64,000 nucleotides of DNA from Eledone cirrhosa. Taxonomy: Eukaryota. The first letter of the stretch is position 1; each line of letters starts with the position of its first letter. The notes below the pieces were generated by a model. The model saw only the letters and a program-made list of their open reading frames with translations. It was not told the DNA's origin and did no database searches. The stretch lies in contig OZ024741.1 of NCBI GenBank assembly GCA_964016885.1, positions 151,838,001 to 151,902,000 on the forward strand, read 5' to 3'. Shown piece by piece: positions 57,740 through 64,000 of the stretch. The position numbers were made by a program, and so were the translations under genes.

Positions 57740-59227
57740 TAGGAGATGGCAGTCGTAAGGGCCATGGTGACGAGAAATGCCAATCGAGTCTCCCTGAAAC
57801 CTCCACCATATTTTTTCAAGGACCAGTAGTTACGGACGGGGACTTACCGCACTGTAAGCAAAATATCACATCGGTGGAGAGAGCCACGGAGGCTCAAATT
57901 GAAAAGGCCTTGGGCTGCGTCTGGGCGCGCAAAACACATCACCCGAGGCAAAAAATATGCCACAGTAGACGTACTTTTTGCCATCCGCCAGGAGGCGAAG
58001 TCTCACTCTTTGGTAACCCTAAACTGCGGGCAGAAAATTGTGACCCAGATCCCGCCCGACGTGCCTATACCTTGGTTGGGCGCGTCTGTCCTTGCTGGAA
58101 TCGAGGACAGGACTACCATGCTGCAAGTACAGAAAATAGGGAGAGAGAACTGGTCAGGTATAGGCATGCAAATGCTAATACACACTGACCAGTAGTGTAT
58201 CGACACTATCCCCGATATCATAGACCTCGAGGAAGGACTCCAACTCCATATAAGCGTAGAAGGAAGGCGCCCATAATGCTATCTCTGTGGGTCGAAAGGT
58301 CACCTCAGGGCCTTTTGCCCGCAGAAGACAGCGAAGAAGAAGCCCCTCCCCCCCTCCTTCCGATGCCTATCCACTACTACCAAGAGCAGAGCAGGCAACC
58401 AAGGCAGAAGACCCTTCCACGGTGAGTAGGAGGGCAACGTCCGTGGCAGCCATACGAAGGCCACGGACAACTTAAACTGCGGCAGCAGTGGCGGCAACCC
58501 CACTAGCTACATTTGCAGGTGCTGCGCCAGCAAGAAAATCGCCGGAGAGGGCTCCACTACCACCACCAACAGCCGTGGAGTACATAACCCTCCCAGACGC
58601 CACGGAATCTGACATGGAATCTGAGGCAGGAGTGAAGTGGCAAACGGTCTGCCACAAAAAGCAAAAAAAGAAAGAACCCCTTAGCTTCACCCTCCAAACT
58701 TGAAGGCAGTAAAGGCTGCAAGGCAACTCGCAGCAACGCCACCACCATCACACTACAAGCATCACCACCAACAACAACCACACCACCACCAGCATCCCCA
58801 CAAACACCAACATCTCAAACACAACAAGCCAAACATTCTCAACAGCAGCAACAAGAAAACAGCATTCCCCCTCCCATCCCCACCCCCACCCCCCACCCCC
58901 AAAAAAGAAAACATTACACAGCCATAAACATGGCAAATAAAGAACGCTTAGAATATATAAATCAGCACACAGACATTACAGATAAAAATTACTACACCCC
59001 ACCAACACCAAGAACATTCCCGAAAAATATAAACATTATTGAAATTGAAATAGAACATTATAAACATTTAAAAGAAGTTGGAGACTTCAGAGGGTCGGTT
59101 ACCAAGAGGATATACACCGACATCATCTTGGAGACATCCATGACCAGCCAAAGGGACGGTTCGACTGTCCCTTCAAACACCATCAGGGTAGGTGATCCTT
59201 TCTCACTTACTCCATTCCTCACCCAAC
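57740..59227 (+). pseudogene. LINE ORF1 remnant (gag-like CCHC knuckle, Pro/Gln/His-rich tail)
   Basis: GRRP*CYLCGSKGHLRAFCP at ~58262-58321. Multiple stops and frameshifts, start uncertain. Confidence 0.65.
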
Positions 59228-62200
59228 ATGGCCTTACTTAGAATAGACAGTATAAATGTACGTGGCCGGGGGGGGGGGGGTCATCTTGGAAGCAGGGTCA
59301 CCTGCTCAACGACCTCAGGTCACTAAACATAGATCTGGTGTCCATCAGTGAGACCAGAATCTCTGAAGCACGAGCCTTCACACCGATCTTCGGCGGCCAC
59401 GACGTATACGCATCTCCCAGCCGTCCAGGATCGGGGGGAGGAGTTGCTGCGTTTTTTCAGAGAGGCTTGGATCTCGCCATACGGGATATCTTCCTGGATA
59501 CAGAAGGTAAGTCGGTGGTGCTGGACGTGACCGGCAGCGAAGACAAGGCTTTCAGGCTAGTAGCCGCCTACGCCCCAACAGAGGCAGGATGGCCAGCTAT
59601 CTTCAGACGTCTAGAGACCTTTCTGGGAACGGTACCTTAGATGCACGCTGGGGTTATGTGGGGCTAGTATACAGGGCCGGAGGGTGTAAAAGCCTGAGCC
59701 ATCTGCTCAGACGTTTTGAACTGTCTGACAGGTATCGACTGGATTATCCAAATGTGCCAATGTGGACATAGGCAAACCGCATCGGGTCATCCAGATCGTA
59801 TTTAGATAGGGTATTCTGTAGGGAAACAGAAAAGCTAGTGTAGGTTGTTCACAATTTAAAGTAGTCGACTACACGGACCATAAATTTGTGATCTGTGAAG
59901 TTGACTTAGATAGACTCCATAGGCAAGGGCCCGGTTACTGGAAGCTGAACGCGTCGTTCACGGCGCGCAAAGATTACAGAGACCGGATTAGCGAATTAGT
60001 TAAGCGTGCGTTGACGGGTTAGATCATCAACAATGGGTGGTGGTTTACCCCTGAGAAGGGCTATTAGAGTAGAATCGATAAGGTTTAGCAAAGGAGTAGT
60101 GATAGAGGAAAATAGAGTAGAGGGAGAGTTAGTTAGAAAGCTAGAAGAGGCGTTTAGGACAGGCATCGCAACCGCCGTGCTTGTAGCGAGATTGGCACTC
60201 GACCAATTTTTCAACGCAAAACACGAAGGCTGCGTTGTTAGAGCTAGAGCGCGTGCTCTGAAACACGAGGGGACAAAAGCCGTCCAATGGGCCCGGGTGG
60301 CAGAAGCACGACGTGGCAACAAAACCACAATTCGGTCTTTGTCTGACCAAAACGGGTGCGTGTTGCTCGAACCCGAGCAGGTGTGAAGCTTTTCAGCAGC
60401 ACTTTGCTGAACTGTTCGGGAGCAGCGGCGGCCCGGATCGGGGCATAGACTTCAGTGCATACCTGGACGGACTGCCTCGACGACCGCAGCACAGTGTTGC
60501 GAAAAGCCAATAACAGCCGGTGAAATACGGGAAGCGATGGCTAACTGCACGAGGGGTAAATACCCAGGTTTGGATGGTCTGCTCTACGAGCTTTATGCAT
60601 TTATGCCAGACTTGTTCGGTGGCCTCTTGGCAGACGTCTACTGGCAGCAGAACGGGAGCATTCCCAGTTTTGTGAGCCGGGGAGCGGTGGCGCTGCTGAG
60701 AAAAGACCCGAACACGGGGGATGTTATCGATAATTTCAGGCCCATAACCCTGCTAAACGTAGAGTTCAAGATTTTGGGAAAGGTGTTAGCAACGAGGTTG
60801 GCGTTTATTGTCTAGGGTCTGGTGGAAGAGACGCAGACAATGCGCCATTCGGGGCAGATCGATACACGCAACCTCCGCCTCATGCGATACATCATAGAGA
60901 GGGTGGTTAAGGAACCTGGCACGGGTGGGACCCTGATCAAGTTGGATCAATCCAAAGCATTCGATAGGGTCGACCATCGGTACCTGGCGGCGGTCCTCGA
61001 GGCAGCCGGTTTCGGGCCCGTTTTCAGGGGTTGGATCGCAGCGATGTACAGCGACATCTGCTCAGTTGTGAGGGTGAACGGTCACCTGTCGCAGCCGTTC
61101 AACATCATGCGCTCAGTCCGCCAGGGTTGTCCCTTCTCGTCCCTCTTGTACGTATTGGCTCTCGAGCCGTTACTGCACAAACTGGGGGCGATGAGGGGCG
61201 TCCCACGCTAACTAGGATGCGGCGAATCCTAGTCGGCTTACGCCGACGACGTCGCCATGGTGGTGTCGAGCGCCAGCACGTCCAGATGCTGGGCACCGCT
61301 CTCAAGGAATACGAAGCGGTGACAGGAGCAAAGATAAACCAGGAAAAGTCGGTGGGCTTGCAGCTCGGCAACTGGAGAGGCAAGTCCATGCCGTCCGACA
61401 GCGTCATGGGGCGTTGGACGGATGGACCGGTTAAATTGCTCAGGATCTGGTTCGGACCGGACCTCCAGATGGAGAAAAACTGGAACGAGGTCACGAGCAA
61501 GGTGGCCTCCCTCACCCAGAAATGGACCGAGAAGAAGCTGTCCCTGAAAGGCCGGGCGGAGGTGGAGAATGCGTACATCGCATCCGTCATCTGCTACCGC
61601 CTCACCGTCGTCCCTTGCTCCGGCTCAACTCTCACCAAAATGGAGCGCCTCCTCTTCCGCTTTTTGTGGAAGGGACGCGCTCACATGGTCAGACGATCCA
61701 TCTGCTGTCAACACCCGTTGGGTGGAGCACTGGGCATGCCATGGCTGATGATACACAAACATGCGCTGAGGTTGCGACATCTCTGGTGCTTCCTTGACGG
61801 TGAAGAGGTGGTCGCCGTTCGCCAGGCACGTTTTCCCACAGCTCGTCTCCTTGACGGAGCTGCAGTCCTGGGTCAGAAAAAGACCGAGGGATAGCGCTTG
61901 GAAACTGGAATGTCTCCAGGCGCTCACTGCCCTCTGCCAGCTGGGCACCAGTATCAGTGGAACATCCACCTCGGCGTTCTATAGAGGACTAGTGGAGGGG
62001 AAGAGTGACGACGTTCTCGGAGAGATCCTGGGCATCGAAGAAGATCAGCTGTTTGCTCTCTTACGGAAAACTTTCAGCCCAGGGCCTATGGATAACTTTC
62101 AAAATCCTTGGCCTGGCAGTGCTACAGGAGAGCGATGCCGGTTCGAGATAAGCTCTACGGGCACGGAAGTGCCGTCAGCCGAGCCTGTCCGAGATGCGCG

Positions 62201-62602
62201 CAGAGCGACGAAACCGTCATGCACGCACTGGTTCAGTGCCCGTGCATTGCTGACTTGTGGAGCTATGTCGAACAGTTGCTGTCGCGTGTAGGACTGATCC
62301 GGTTATCGACTGAGTCCATTGTGCAGATGGTCTTGCCGTCTTCCTTCGAGGAGGAAGAGATGGCGGTTTTCATCTGCCTGGTGGCCATGGCGAAAGAGAT
62401 TGTGTGGTGGACAAGGTTGAAAGGGTTAAAGACAGACACTTTCCTCTTCGGCGAATCCCTAATTAACCATTTCAAGTTTTACTTGAAGAGGAAAATCAGG
62501 GTAGAGATGCAAGTGCTGCCTTCTAACAAATTTGTTGAAAGGTGGGTGAATGTAGCGAGAATGGTCCGAGTGAACAAGACCGCTCTGAATATACGTCTGT
62601 AG
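59228..62602 (+). pseudogene. LINE ORF2 pseudogene: APE endonuclease, reverse transcriptase, C-terminal zinc finger
   Basis: INVRG, SISETRI, GGGVA, AAYAP, SYLDRV, TDHK; PGLDG, FRPITLLN, LDQSKAFDRV, RQGCP, YADD (61239-50); CPRCAQSDETVMHALVQC. Many frameshifts. Confidence 0.95.
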
Positions 62603-62924
62603 TTTGAGAGATGGAAAAATGAGAGAGGGCGCTTGCCCTGGTGGTTAGGGTGGCCGTGGTCTGTTGTGTGGTTTTCGCCACGAGTAATCCTCGGAGGTTT
62701 CCCCCCTATTGGGGAATTTTTTATTGTTTCAATTTTCATTTTTATTGTTTATATATATATATATATATGTTTCTATGTCATTTTTTCTTTTCTTATATAA
62801 ATAATAAAAATATTTACACGCACAAAACCCACATCGTATCGTCCTGTACCGTCCTGTGCCGTCTGTAATGTTTTTCTTGATGTCAGCCCTTGTGGCCAAT
62901 AAAGAAATCATTATTATTATTATT

Positions 62925-63335
62925 GTTCTTTGAGTCTCAGTCATTGATGTTATTTAACTGGAAAGTTTGTTGAAATGAATATCAAGCCGCTACCTGCAGC
63001 CTCAGATATTCAGGACGTATCGGAGGGTTCTTGCTGTTCCCAGCAAGCATACCTTTTGAAGTGTTCCAAAAAGCGGGGCTGGACTAATCTTCTTTAACCA
63101 TCCTTAGAAACTTTTTGAGATAGTACCTAGTTCGCCTATGACAATCGGGACGACCTTGACTTCATTGCAGTTCCAAATCCTTTTTACCTCCCACTTTAAG
63201 TCCTGGTATCGGTTAATTTTCTCCCTCTTTTTTTCTTGCACTCTCGTGTCAAATGGGCAGGCTACATCTACAATCAAGCACGATCTTTTTTCCTTGTCCA
63301 AAACCTAAACCACCAGGTTATTGTGTTCTAATTTC
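62925..63335 (-). mobile_element. 5'-truncated R4/Dong-like (RLE) LINE 3' fragment with (TAA)n tail
   Basis: DKEKRSCLIVDVACPFD...KINRYQDLKWEVKRIW...VVPIVIGELG, then LQKVCLLGTARTLRYVL. Confidence 0.8.
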
Positions 63336-63748
63336 TTGAGGAAAATCAGGGTGGAGAGGCAAGTGCTGCCTTCTAGCAAGTTTGTTGAAAGGTGGGTGAA
63401 TGTAGCGAGAATGGTTAGAGTGAACGGGACCGCTCTGAATATACGCCTGTAGTTTGAGAAATGAAAAAATTGAGAGAGGGCGCTTGCCCGGGTGGTCAGG
63501 GTGGCCGTGGTCTGTTGTGTGGTTTTCGCCACGAGTAACCCTTGCATGTTTCCCCCCTATTGAGGAATTTTTCATTGTTTCAATTTTCATTTTTATTGTT
63601 TATATATATGTTTTTATGTCTTTTTCTTTTCTTATATAAATAATAAAAATCTTTACACGAACAAAACCCACATCGTACCATCCTGTACCGTCCTGTGCCG
63701 TCTGTAATGTTTTTCTTGGTGTCAGCCCTTGTGGCCAATAAAGAAATC
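63336..63748 (+). mobile_element. 5'-truncated copy of the Tx1/L1-like LINE with (ATT)n tail
   Basis: Near-identical to 62482-62909, with (ATT)n at 63749-63774. Confidence 0.92.
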
Positions 63749-63774
63749 ATTATTATTATTATTATTATTATTAT

Positions 63775-64000
63775 CGTGCCCTCCCTCGGGATGGATCTTA
63801 ATTCCTGATTTAGTCAAGATAGTGAGCCACATCCAGTGGTCTTAGGTATCATGATGATGTTTCCTTCTTTTTAGTTTATAGCCTATACATTTCCTATTAT
63901 TCCAGCCGTTCCGAGCAAACAAGGTTTCTATAACATTTCTACTGTAAAATCCAATCTTAATTTTTTTATCAATCCATCAAAATTCTTTGTGATCGTCCCT
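63775..64000 (-). mobile_element. 3' end of a second R4/Dong-like LINE (runs off window)
   Basis: Minus strand GTITKNFDGLIKKLRLDFTVEML*KPCLLGTAGIIGNV*, homologous to the end of 62925-63335. Ends in (TAA)n. Confidence 0.7.

Larger units (their letters stand above)
54614..62909 (+). mobile_element. Near full-length decayed Tx1/L1-clade LINE inserted in an (ATT)n tract; 5' boundary tentative
   Basis: ORF1 zinc knuckle, ORF2 APE-RT-CCHC, 3' AATAAA + (ATT)n at 62910-62924, ATT-rich tract upstream at 54571-54613. Confidence 0.8.

Noticed and set aside
54566-57819. Long ORFs (1031, 675, 642, 519 aa) as genuine mucin/antifreeze/poly-Leu genes
   Set aside because: Open frames on both strands follow from CAN-triplet composition. 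The longest switches repeat phase mid-way, with no signal peptide or splice evidence.

Overview
Gene-free, repeat-saturated eukaryotic DNA. It is probably cephalopod/octopus, inferred only from recalled SINE/MITE families and the extreme (TA)n/(CA)n/(GA)n content. About 30 kb (3.9-34.5 kb) is two related 38-bp satellite arrays with higher-order duplications. The rest is a mosaic: a decayed Penelope-like retroelement (RT + GIY-YIG), a near full-length decayed Tx1/L1-type LINE with a 45-bp minisatellite at its 5' end, R4/Dong-like and CRE-like LINE fragments, tRNA-derived SINEs and MITE-like elements. The most striking signal is non-coding: about ten minimal type I hammerhead ribozyme (HHR) motifs from about six different short-repeat families, mostly with palindromic helix III. 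They include a tandem ~443-bp HHR array and a ~490-bp HHR monomer present as two circularly permuted, terminally redundant copies, which looks retrozyme/circRNA-like. Several fold-back palindromes are centred on HHR helix II. No host protein-coding gene is supported, and the long low-complexity ORFs are repeat artefacts.
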